NCBI GenBank assembly: GCA_002633005.1
Contig: NMRA01000172.1
Coordinates: forward strand, 679,871-743,870
Direction: 5' to 3'
DNA length: 64,000 nt
Source: Phoronis australis
Lineage: Eukaryota; Animalia; Phoronida
Positions within the stretch are counted from its first letter, which is position 1, and each line of letters starts with the position of its first letter. The notes beneath the pieces are model-generated. The model saw only the letters and a program-made list of their open reading frames with translations. It searched no databases and was not told the origin of the DNA. Shown one piece after another: positions 36,985 to 47,961 of the stretch. The position numbers and the translations under genes were made by a program.

Positions 36985-39639
36985 ATGTTCACACCATTCC
37001 TACTTCAATGTGCTATTTTATCTAGTGTGTTTGTTTGGGTAAAACCTGAATTCTCCTCATTTTATGGTTGCGGCAACAGGACCGTTTATGATGTGCAACT
37101 TTATACTTCTCTGGCAAAACAATGCCTCAAAGATTCGCCGTTACTTACATGTCGTGCTGATGCATGCGGATCAGCTGTTCAGAAACCAGATGGAAAAAAG
37201 TCTAAAAGAAGAATAAATCTGTTTAAACCAGGTGCACAACCACGCCGCATTCCATTATGCTCATGTGACTATTTGTGCATCAGGTATGGTGATTGCTGTC
37301 TAGATTTCTTTGCTAATTGTCCAGATCACGCAAAAGACGTTCTTCCAACGGAATGCTTTAAAACGGTAACCTCTTCGAAGACTTACACTACACTCATGGT
37401 GAACAAATGCCCAGATAAGTTCCAAGACGACAAGATTGCTAGAGCTTGTTTGAACACTGACGAATCTATAGTGAACAGAATTCCAGTGAGAGACGGAGTA
37501 ACAGGAATACAATACAGAAATCACTTTTGTGCTCAGTGTCACGATGCTACCCATATGAAGTTTTGGAACTTTTATGTTACGTGTTATAACAATTCTGAAG
37601 GTTCTGCTGAAACCAGTCTTCAAGAATTTATGCATCGCTTGAATGACCCTCTTTGCAATTTGACTATGAAAGATACAGCTGGAGTATACCGTTACTGTCA
37701 TCCAGAAATTGTCCGTGATTGTCCTCGTGGCTGCAAGTCAAATGACTTGGTAAATCGCTGTCGATCGTCGCCATCATTGTTGGTGATAACTAATAAAATG
37801 TACTACAAAAATTACTATTGTGCAATCTGCAATGACCCGCGAAACGTAGCTGGCATGACTTGCAGCGCCACGGCGTGGTCACACACCTCTATTGTCCCAA
37901 CGTCGCCTAAACATATACTGTGGAAATTTTCATTCTCACTTCTTCTTGATGTGAATAAAATTGGAAAATTTCGTGTCGGTTTGTCCAAATTTTTAGGTTT
38001 GAAAACAAAAGGCCGTACTTCCTCCATAGCTGAGTGCGATTCGGTTAATCTGAATGAATGCAAGTTTTCAAGGTGTCAAAAAGACTACATTTTGCAAAAC
38101 GGGGAGTGTGTTCCTCACTATGCCCAATCGTCCGTGCGAATAAACATACAATACATTCCTACTCAAGAAAACAGAGTAACGACACAAATAGGAAGGAAAA
38201 AATTTAGGACGGAAACCACCCTCTTTATTGTGAAAGGCCTGGAGAAGTTGTTTGACATAAGCTCGAAACCCAGCTTCAAACTAAGCGTGGAAAATCCCTC
38301 ATTTGGAAGTAATTACTCAGCCAATCAGATTCTTCTCGACATCACGTTCATGCAGCAAATAAACAAAAACAACTGCCTTTCACAGAAAAAACATAAAGCA
38401 ACGAGGTACGAAAATTTGAAATCTCTCCTGAAATCGTTATTTTCATCCAAAGACCTTGGCCATGTGCTATCAGTATCCATGAATGCAAGTGATTGTTTAC
38501 CAGCAAATACCAAGCTTATCGAATCCATGAGCACATTTAGATCACTGAACGAATCAATGAGCTCATTTAGATCGTTGAACGAGTGCACTAACGAGACAGA
38601 TTATGAAAGTGCTTTCAGTGTACTAAGCAACGGTGAGGTATTTCTACATGGTTTTGGTGGATCGGTGCCTAAAGCGGATGTGCGTATGGTGAACGATTCC
38701 TTGATCGTCTGTCTCGACAATATCCAAACACATAGGCCTACCCAGAATACGCCGGCTTTAGGAATATTGACAATAGTGTGCTTTTCTGTTTCTGAAGTGT
38801 GTCTTCTAATTCGCATCCTCATCCAACCAATTTGCTCGGTGTATCATACATTTCCAGGAAAACTCCAGTTTTGCTTAACTTTACAGTTATTCCTGGCTGC
38901 TCTGTTCTTCCTTCTACGCCCAGTGGTAAGCTTTATTCCCTGGTTGTGTGAAACGTTTGCAGCTCTCACTCAATGGGCTTATCTTTCAGTTTTCGCGTGG
39001 AAAAATGTGATTGCCATAGACACGTGGTCTACATTTCGTTTGAAAATACGCCATGCGCCTCAGAATGATCTCCGACGTCTGTTCGCGTCGTGGTGTTACG
39101 CCATTCTTGTACCTGGCACAGTAACAGTTGTATCCGTTATTTTCGACTTTTCTGATGTCGAAACAAGTTTTCAACCCAGTTTTGTTGATGGTGAACTCTG
39201 CTGGTTTACACAAAGGAACGCATTTTTGATTTTCTTTGTAGCTCCTGTGACAGCTCTTATTTTGTCCAATATCATCATATATTGTCTTATTGCACAACTC
39301 CTTCACAAGTCGCTTAAACTGTCCAAGACTGTTACAAATTCGAAGAAAGTTTCAACAAAGAACGAGTTCATAATGTACTTGAAATTGTTCATCCTACTCG
39401 GAATGACGTGGATTTTTGGATTCGTTGCCATGGCAACAAATAATGAGGTTGTCTGGTATATTTTTACAGTGCTCAATGCGAGCCAAGGCTTATTCATCTT
39501 CGTCGCGTTTGTCAGTACACGTCGCGTCTTGAATGCATTAGGATTAGGAAAAACAACTCGCCTCTTTAACCAAACGTTTTCACCAAATTCTGCATCCAAG
39601 TCAACAAGCTCGTTAGGAAAGTGTTCGACGCGACTGTGA
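36985..39639 (+). CDS. Secretin-class (Methuselah-like/adhesion-like) 7TM GPCR with somatomedin-B-like and Cys-rich ectodomain, 884 aa
   Basis: Intact ORF with a hydrophobic signal peptide and SMB-like CSCDYLCIRYGDCCLDF...C. Two Y(R/K)N..CA.C repeats. Seven hydrophobic helices with GKLQFCL, CETFAALTQW, GELCWF, YLKLFILLGMTWIFGF and LNASQGLFIFVAF. AATAAA at 39712-39717. Confidence 0.93.
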   Translation: MFTPFLLQCAILSSVFVWVKPEFSSFYGCGNRTVYDVQLYTSLAKQCLKDSPLLTCRADACGSAVQKPDGKKSKRRINLFKPGAQPRRIPLCSCDYLCIRYGDCCLDFFANCPDHAKDVLPTECFKTVTSSKTYTTLMVNKCPDKFQDDKIARACLNTDESIVNRIPVRDGVTGIQYRNHFCAQCHDATHMKFWNFYVTCYNNSEGSAETSLQEFMHRLNDPLCNLTMKDTAGVYRYCHPEIVRDCPRGCKSNDLVNRCRSSPSLLVITNKMYYKNYYCAICNDPRNVAGMTCSATAWSHTSIVPTSPKHILWKFSFSLLLDVNKIGKFRVGLSKFLGLKTKGRTSSIAECDSVNLNECKFSRCQKDYILQNGECVPHYAQSSVRINIQYIPTQENRVTTQIGRKKFRTETTLFIVKGLEKLFDISSKPSFKLSVENPSFGSNYSANQILLDITFMQQINKNNCLSQKKHKATRYENLKSLLKSLFSSKDLGHVLSVSMNASDCLPANTKLIESMSTFRSLNESMSSFRSLNECTNETDYESAFSVLSNGEVFLHGFGGSVPKADVRMVNDSLIVCLDNIQTHRPTQNTPALGILTIVCFSVSEVCLLIRILIQPICSVYHTFPGKLQFCLTLQLFLAALFFLLRPVVSFIPWLCETFAALTQWAYLSVFAWKNVIAIDTWSTFRLKIRHAPQNDLRRLFASWCYAILVPGTVTVVSVIFDFSDVETSFQPSFVDGELCWFTQRNAFLIFFVAPVTALILSNIIIYCLIAQLLHKSLKLSKTVTNSKKVSTKNEFIMYLKLFILLGMTWIFGFVAMATNNEVVWYIFTVLNASQGLFIFVAFVSTRRVLNALGLGKTTRLFNQTFSPNSASKSTSSLGKCSTRL

Positions 39640-40574
39640 AATCAGTACCCGAGGAGTAACCAGTTTAGTGTGTTCAAGTATGTGGATAGTAGCAGTGTTT
39701 GGACTTTTGCAAATAAATGTGCGGGGCCAGCGGGGCCAGTTAGTCTGAAAATTTACAGGCACGGGTGCCAAGTTAACTTTTAAAAGTTACTGGCTGGGCC
39801 GCAAATCCACTGGCCCGGGGACAGCGTGTTTTTCGAACGCTCGATTGTAGCATTCTCTGTGAACCATCATGAGCATTCAACAGATAGAATATCGTATTAG
39901 ACATTCCGTTAACGAGCTTTGCCTGGAATAAATTCATGTAGAGTATACATGTAGTGCTCAATTAATAGTTAAGTTGTGATTAACATAGATGTAAAAGAAC
40001 GTGTTAGCTTAGGTGAATTGAAGATTCATGAATGGTCAACAATAATACGATAATCCTTGATTTCTTTGTACCAGCAAGAGTTCTAAAGAGAACAACATCA
40101 AAGCCTTCGGATTTCCCAAACTGTTGCATAGAAATTTATTCGTTCTAGTTGCAATGACTTTTACATGTATGTTGGCTGGAGTAACCGTGACTAGTCCACT
40201 CTAACATTGCGCTGCAACAGGGTACGAAGACTGTCTTGCACTCACGGACGAGCGTGAACCTCTCCAATCAAATGATCATATATCGGTCTCAATTTGATAA
40301 CCTTAGTAATAAGTACTATGGAAAAAATCACTTTTTATTGCATGGTTGCCAGAAATTAGATTATAGTTGTAATGTTTTATTACTCTAAATCCTTAATGAT
40401 TTCACTTGTATAAATTTCCTAGTCAATAATCAACTGATTTAATTTCTACGTATGTTGAACTTTTTGATTTTTGTTGTAATGTGTTAGTCCGTTAATTCCG
40501 TATGATTCCCATTTTGCTTTTGGTATTTTCTGTAATTAGTTATTATTATATTCCTAGTTTAATACTTTATCGCA

Positions 40575-43210
40575 TATATATATATATATATATATACATT
40601 AACATGCATAAAAGTGTGTGTGCGTGTGTAAATATATACATGTATGTATATGGATATAATGTTTCGTTCTCTGGGACACTTCTCTGTTGTACCATTATTG
40701 TATTGTATTGTATTGTATTGTATTGTCTTAGATGCTTGTGTTGCAATAAAGAGATCGGTAATGAACGCTTGCAAGGATATCTTTGAGAAACTTTCCCTGT
40801 AGTATACAATAAAGTGTGCTAACCGCGAAATATGCATTTCTCAGCTACATGTATAGCAAAATATTACACTTTACTAACATTTTCATGAAAAAGATAAGAT
40901 TTGCAAAGACACTTGAACACGCGTATATCGCTTACCATCTAGATGTGTTTATATGCAAAGTACAAAATGTGTGTATGAATATTGTACGTATGTTTAACTC
41001 TAGGTTACACCTATGTTGAAATGCGGGTAGTAATTACGTCGAGGCATGATCCGAGTGAAATATTTTTAGTAACCATATTTAAACATACGTCTTACAACCT
41101 ACTTAAATTGATGTACGTAAGTGTACGATATTTTCATAACTATCGGTATGTATTCATTAGTCTCATTTGGTGAAAAGCAGTGTTTATCTACCTTTAATTG
41201 TTATTTCATGTATTGTCTTCAGATAACACGATTTAAAAAACGAGAATGATCGCGAACTTGCATGAATGGGAGTTGTCCTATACCATTACAATTTTTTCGT
41301 TTTCCTGCAGAACAAAACATGAACAAATCCGCAATCAGGCAAAATGAAAACACAGTTGGGTAACACTGATAGAAAAATCGCCAAATACCTTTCTTTGAAA
41401 TTCTGAAAACTCTGATAGCAAAGTGCTCCAGGTGATTTTTGGTATTCTGAAATATTACGATAAGAACTTGGAGTTTTTGTTGAATATTTTAACGTTCAGG
41501 AGGACAATGAAATTCGGGCACTTCAATCACACCGGGCAGCCTCTTGAAACTCGGGTACCAGCCCCTATAGCAGCCTACCAAGGACCCCGGCTCCTCATCC
41601 TTTGAAAGTGTGCTCCTTATATGCATGACCCTACTAAAATGAACGGTTTCCCAAAGAGGGCAATAATAAAGTGGATATTGGCTCTCACTCTCACTTTCTT
41701 AAATAGATGGTTTCCGATGCCTACATTTCAGGATTTGGCAAGCCGCGGTAACCTATATAAGTGTAACCGGACCCATCATATATAGGTGGAGCCTTCGTGC
41801 AAGGCTGGCCTCTATACATGTAGTCTTTGGTGTACCAAGTTAAAAACAGAAACTTGGCTGTTCAACCTTTACTGACAGGTGTGCCCACCAATAATCATAT
41901 TTTAAATAGAAACACTCATAACCGTTAAAGGTAGGTTAAAGACGGACAATAATAATTGTTGCAGCTTCTGGTACTACTAACCGCAATGATACCGAAATCA
42001 GATACAATTTTGAATTTGTTTCTGATTCAAAGCGCTTCACGTAATCACCGTACCCGCCCAACTTCTCCCGAATGGTGTTTGCGTAGATGACTGGATCGCG
42101 CAGACGATTAGAGGAGTCTTGATGTTGTTCATCGGCATTGAGCGCGGGTGGTGGCTACACCTAGCTAAGTTAAGTAACAGCGAGAGAGATGTCAAAAAGT
42201 ATCGCGGTGTGAATGCCTTAAAAATCGACCAAAAAACAAAACAGTGGCAAAAAGGTTTACCCGGTATCTGTTATCTTTGGTGTATTTGCTAGCATAGTAC
42301 CATAAAGTGCAGGCAATTTCAAATTTCGAATTGAAAGTGATCGCCAATGATGTTGTTATCCACTTGTGGATTGGTGGATGGATTGACATGCATGCGTTTC
42401 CGATATTTTGAGTTCAGTGCACGCCGAAGGTAAGTTCTTTACAGGCATTCCTCCGTCGTTGCTCAAAAACCATACATTGGAATACCGTGTTTTCTTTCAC
42501 TGGCAAATCTCCAACGAGCATGTTCAGGGAAAGTAGGTCTAGAACTAATAAGACTTTGGTCAATGGACAAAGTCTTTTCTAGTAAATTTCCAGTAAATGG
42601 TGCACAGCCTTTCAGACTTCATACGAGAAACAAACTTGATGGAAAGACTTCTAAGGTTGGACGTCACTACTCCAAATGTTCACTACTCTAAAGGTTCGCT
42701 ACCTTCGATAGTTCACTACTTCGAATGTACACAATTCCGAAACCAGAGAACTCTGACAGTTCCGACGCGGCCTTGCGCGTGGTTCCAGTGGGTGAGACTG
42801 AGTCGCAGCAGCCCTAAACTTTTCAGTACTGCAGTGAAATGATGCGATCTTGGCACGGAATTGTTCAACGTATCGTCTTATTCTTTTTAAAATGCAAGTA
42901 TGTACTCATTTTCTGTACTCATAAGACATGCGGGCAAGTTCACGTGGGCATGAAGTCCAAACAAAGGGTTTTATTGCCGGGCGTTGTTTTCGAGTGTCTA
43001 ATGAGGTGTAAGACTTAAGTGGGTTTCAGATTTGAAAGTTCGGCAGGAGGTAACGTGAGAACGTTCTTTCTGAAACATATTAGATCCGAATGGAAGTTCC
43101 GTTCTTTGCTAGCAACAGTCACGGTATCCTTAAGTCTGCTGTTACGAATTCCATCTTATTTCAGGATCATACAACTGAGAGTTAATTCATGGATTGTATT
43201 TATGACAGTT
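40575..43210 (+). repeat. Composite repeat family, copy B (uninterrupted at the Ngaro site), with (TA)n and (TATTG)n at its start
   Basis: Collinear with 6296-6671 plus 9000-11460 and with parts of 47962-49560 and 51925-53065. Confidence 0.85.
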
Positions 43211-43394
43211 TTCATGGTTTATCAATTTAGGTATTTCCTTGTACATTGTACATATTAAGTTTAAAATTATCTATTATTGAGTAGAGACAACATTCTTGGG
43301 ACATCTATTTACTTCTTCATGGAATATATATAAGTTCAATACTTTTGTTTATGTTTCATCATTACGGCGTTTTCCCATTGCTCCCAACTTGTTC

Positions 43395-44292
43395 GACTCG
43401 CATTCCCAAATCTCTTCATAATCAAAGCCTTGATCGATGATATAATCTCTAATTGTTCTGGTGTTTTCCATCAGTTCACTCATGGCGACGTTTCGAGTTT
43501 CGTTCCTCGTCCTCGGAGTCCAGACTTAATTTTTCGTGAGACGAAAGTCGTGGACGTGCCAGTAACAACCTTGGAATTGGAACACTTTGTGCGACTGACG
43601 ACAGAATCCGTCCACTGGAATACGACGCTGACCTACCCTTTTTTCAATGTTGAACTGGTGACGGATACTGATTCCTCGTTGCCACGCTACGTAATCCAAC
43701 CAAGCCGTTGCCTTTCGCGCCTTAGGGTGGGAAAATTCTCGTTGGAAATTGTTTTCTTGCCTACGACTACTAAATGGTCCTGTCGGTTGCTCGTTCATAA
43801 TGCTGCGAAGGTAAAGAGCCTTACATCGAATCGCAGAATCTTTGACACCGCCTTTGGTATTTTTACCGCTTTTTCCATCTCTCTTTGACGTATAAATGTC
43901 TTTCCCTTTTCGTGGTATCTGTGGAAAACAATACTAGGACCTCCGACGATATTCTGTTTGAAGGTATAATACAAGTCTGTGTTTTTCCTCAAAGAGCGTA
44001 AAGAATACGTTACCGACATTTTTGAAGAGAACCTTCATGGTCAGTCCGGGCACGCTTATACCATCCTTGAAGAGGCCTACGCCCTTTTCCCTATAGAATG
44101 CCGTCTAGGTATCGACGGCTTCCAGCATGGGTCCGGTTATTGTACCACACCAAAAAATCTTCCAGACTCTTCATGTTGTTGCCTTCCCATGCCCTCTGAC
44201 AGAGGGCATAATCGTCGCCGCTTATCCCCTCCCCTTTCAAACTGTTGTTAAAAGCCGCTTGAGGCTAGAGCCGTTTCCTCTAATTAACGCAA
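43395..44292 (-). pseudogene. Polinton/Maverick-type protein-primed polB fragment, copy 1
   Basis: Minus strand: DDYALCQRAW...FLVWYNN, LFKDGISVPGLT, KQNIVGGPSIVFHRY, IRHQFN..EKRVG.RRIPVDGFC, FQFQGCYWH, EIWECE. Frameshifted and runs into the gap. Confidence 0.88.
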
Positions 44293-44656
44293 NNNNNNNN
44301 NNNNNNNNNNNNNNNNNNNNNNNNNNNNNNNNNNNNNNNNNNNNNNNNNNNNNNNNNNNNNNNNNNNNNNNNNNNNNNNNNNNNNNNNNNNNNNNNNNNN
44401 NNNNNNNNNNNNNNNNNNNNNNNNNNNNNNNNNNNNNNNNNNNNNNNNNNNNNNNNNNNNNNNNNNNNNNNNNNNNNNNNNNNNNNNNNNNNNNNNNNNN
44501 NNNNNNNNNNNNNNNNNNNNNNNNNNNNNNNNNNNNNNNNNNNNNNNNNNNNNNNNNNNNNNNNNNNNNNNNNNNNNNNNNNNNNNNNNNNNNNNNNNNN
44601 NNNNNNNNNNNNNNNNNNNNNNNNNNNNNNNNNNNNNNNNNNNNNNNNNNNNNNNN
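44293..44656. other. Assembly gap (N run)
   Basis: Run of N. Confidence 1.
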
Positions 44657-44880
44657 GTCTATATAAATATAACTGGACCCATCGTAACGGGTCCAGTTAT
44701 ATACATATATAGGTTGACCTGCAGGGATGGGTCTGTCTATATAAATATAACTGGACCCATCGTAACGGGTCCAGTTATATACATATATAGGTTGACCTGC
44801 AGGGATGGGTCTGTCTATATAAATATAACTGGACCCGTTACGACGGGTCCAGTTATATACATATAGATAGACCCATTCCA
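44657..44880. repeat. 78-bp tandem repeat of a palindromic unit
   Basis: Units start at 44657, 44735 and 44813. Each contains TATAACTGGACCC-8nt-GGGTCCAGTTATA. Confidence 0.95.
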
Positions 44881-45133
44881 CATTTGGTGTCCCCATTTTT
44901 GTCCATGAAAAGCGAACTTTTATTAGATAAGAAAAGTTCAAATTAAATAAGAAGCTGTTGTCATGATTTTGCGTTCTCTCTCCCAGGTTAGTTTAGGACC
45001 TCCAACTTTTTACGTTGGTTCAATTTAAGGTGAATTTTTTCTACTTTTATTCTCGTTTGGCTTGAATTAGAAGTCACATGTATCAATTGTACCCGTTGTA
45101 TGTGATTGCATCTTGATAACCAGCACAACAATT

Positions 45134-46988
45134 CAAGACTTGTATTATACCTTCAAACAGAATATCGTTGGAGGTCCTAGTATTGTTTTCCACAGATACC
45201 ACGAAAAGGGAAAGACGTTTATACGTGAGAGGGAGATGGAGAAAGCGGGAAAAATACCAAAGGCGGTGTCAAAGATTCTGGTATTCGATGTAAGGCTCTT
45301 TACCTTCACAGCATTATGAACGAGCAACCGACAGGACCATTTATTCGTCGTAAGCAAGAAATACTTTCCAACGAGAATTTTCTAACCCTAAGGCTCGAAA
45401 GGCAACGGCTTTGTTGGATTACGTAGCGTGGCAACGAGGAATCAGTCTCCGTCACTAGTTCAACATGGTTGAAAAAGGGTGTGTCAGCGTCGTATTCCAG
45501 TGGACGGATTCTGTTGTCAGTCACACAAAGTGTTCCAATTCCAAGGTTGTTACTGGCACGGCCACGACTGTCGTCTCACGAAAAATGACGACGGGCCTCC
45601 GAGGACGAGGAACGAAACTCGAAACGTCGCCATGAGTGAACTGATAGAAAACACCAGAAAAATTAAAGATTATATCACCGATCAAGGCTTAATTTGATTA
45701 CAAAGAGATTTGGGAATGCGAATTTGAGGATTTGAAACGGCAAGACGATACCCTAAGTTCTTTTCTCAGAAGACGAGAGTTGTCCGCGGAACGTTTCTAC
45801 TGCTTGACGAGCGAACAAATACATGTAAAATCATTCGTTCTAGACGGCATTCTGTTCGAGATTGTGGAGTGTGACATCGATGTCCCGAGCCATCTGAAAG
45901 AGCACTTTTCAGAAATGCAGCCTATATTCAAGAATGTACAAATCACCAGAGACGACCTAGGAGACTTTATTCGGGAGTATGCCGAGAAAAGCAAAATCAT
46001 GAGCCGACCACGAAGATCTCTGGTAGGAAGTTTCTTCGATAAGAAAATTGTGTTGGCGACCCCCCTTCTGAAATGGTGCTTGGAACACGGCCTGAAGATA
46101 ACAAACGTCTATCAAGTGGTCGAATTTGCTCCCGTAAAATGCTTCGAGCGTTTTGGTGAGGAAGTCAGCGACGCAAGGCGGGAAGAGGACAAAGACAAAA
46201 ACAAAGCGATCGTAGCGCAAACGATGAAACTCATAAGGAACAGCGCGTATGGTAAGACGGTAACAAATCAAGAAAGACGTCGTGACGTGAAATATTGCGG
46301 AGAGGCTAAGGCTCAACGGGAAGTCCAGTTCCCGGAATTTAGACACGTCAACTACATCGGGGACAGAACCTATGAATTGGAGATGAAAAAAAGACCATCT
46401 GCCTGAAGCTGCCGCTTCAAATACGCTTTTTCGTTTATCAGTACGCAAAGTTGCGCATGTTGGAGTTTTACTACGACTTCATGTTAAGATTCGTCGATAG
46501 ATCCGATTTCGAATATTGCGAAATGGACACGGACTCGGCGTACATGGCTATATCCGGTAACTGTCTTGAGGACGTGATCAAACCAGACATGCGAGCAGCA
46601 TTCGAGAGGGAAAAACATCTTTGGTTTCCGCGAACGGACACGGAAGAAAACGAAGCTTACGACACACCCACGCCCGGCTTATTGAGACTGGAATTTGAAG
46701 GGGACTACTGCATCGCCCTTTGCTCTAAAACATTTTACGTGGGGGCGGACGACGGTCAATTCCATTTTAGCTGCCAGAGTGCAAAGACAAAGAAATGAAA
46801 TCGACAAGGCGAGGTATCTCAAAGTATTACACACCACAAAGAGTAGCTCGGCCCTCAACAAAGTATTCCAGTTAGGTGGCGATAACACTATGTATGCCTA
46901 TCTGCAAGAGAGGTGCGCGTTCACCTACTTTTATCCCAAAAGACGAGTGTTCGACGACGGCGTCACCACTGGACCTTATAACATTTAA
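45134..46988 (+). pseudogene. Polinton/Maverick-type protein-primed polB, C-terminal two-thirds, copy 2
   Basis: IVGGPSIVFHRY, broken motif A (FDV/ALYL...PTG), Vsr-like insert (VDGFC..FQFQGCYWHGHDC..IWECE), motif B MKLIRNSAYGKTVTN, motif C EMDTDS, TPGLLRLEFEG, ALCSKT, YFYPKRRV. Several frameshifts and stops. Confidence 0.93.
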
Positions 46989-47495
46989 TTCGGACATTTG
47001 ATAATTTACTGTAAACTATTTTAACGGATTCTTAACGTCTTGTTTTTTGTAGTGTACATGTATTCGTTCTTTGTCATTAACACACGTTTTAAACACTATC
47101 GGTTTTATGTTCTGTGTTAGCTGGTCGCATCTTATTATGTTTAGCTTAGTATCGTCGGGTCCTGGGTTAGACTTTACAATATGATGTACAACGACGACAC
47201 TTGGCGTACACGAAATAAGTTTTGTTCTTATTCAGCAGCGTCATCCCTCTTTTGTTTCGGTTCTCGATCCGTTGCGAGGAGCCGCACAAACGGGCATGGA
47301 AGTGTCTCTCTAACGGGGCTTATTAAACCTATTACGTCATAAGGTGTGACGTCATTGACACATCCGTCCGGTAGGCGAATGGTGTCTCTTCCGATTGCAG
47401 TCATCCCACTTGATATTTGACCTTTTCCTTTCGCATGATGACCTTTGACTCGAGACCCGCTCAAACGGGCGTCCTAAACCTCTTACTACACTACT
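46989..47495 (+). mobile_element. Putative Polinton right terminal region
   Basis: Follows the polB stop, contains TGACGTCA/TTACGTCA motifs and ends in ACTACT (47490-47495), the complement of the AGTAGT terminus typical of many Polintons. No partner TIR is visible. Confidence 0.45.
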
Positions 47496-47503
47496 TGCAC
47501 CAT

Positions 47504-47961
47504 TATCGTCAATATTATCGCTGGCCAAATGCATGAACGTTACTCCGTTAAATTACGTGCGTAAGTTAATTCTTGTTAGAGGTGTAAAGTAATTGTTTAC
47601 GGTGTAAAGTAATCATCTGTGTCGTAAAGTAATTATTTCGACATATTATTTATGACGTACGAAGTAATTATTATGATCGACATATGTCCCGATTAATAGA
47701 TAAATGATACGTACGTCGCAAGCTCGTTACCAGAAATGAAAAGGAGACCGAGGTAGGCGATATAAGGTCATTTATTATGACTAAAACAATTACAATAAAA
47801 TGAATACAGGTAAATAACGTATATTAGGTAATCTCTGGTAAGATGCGCAATAAAAAGCGCCACAAGAGATTGCTTTACGCCACAATTAATTACGTCTCCA
47901 ACAAAAATTATCTTATACAAGTAATTTACCGCCGTAACGTTCACCCATTTGACCAACGATA
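47504..47961. mobile_element. MITE-like element with ~80-bp TIRs and 6-bp CACCAT flanking duplication, carrying a Ngaro-like terminal module
   Basis: 47516-47597 is the imperfect reverse complement of 47882-47961. CACCAT at 47498-47503 and 47962-47967. Core 47672-47872 is similar to 6672-6867. Confidence 0.75.

Noticed and set aside
37300-39599. Several antisense ORFs overlapping the GPCR
   Set aside because: Shadow frames of the real CDS.
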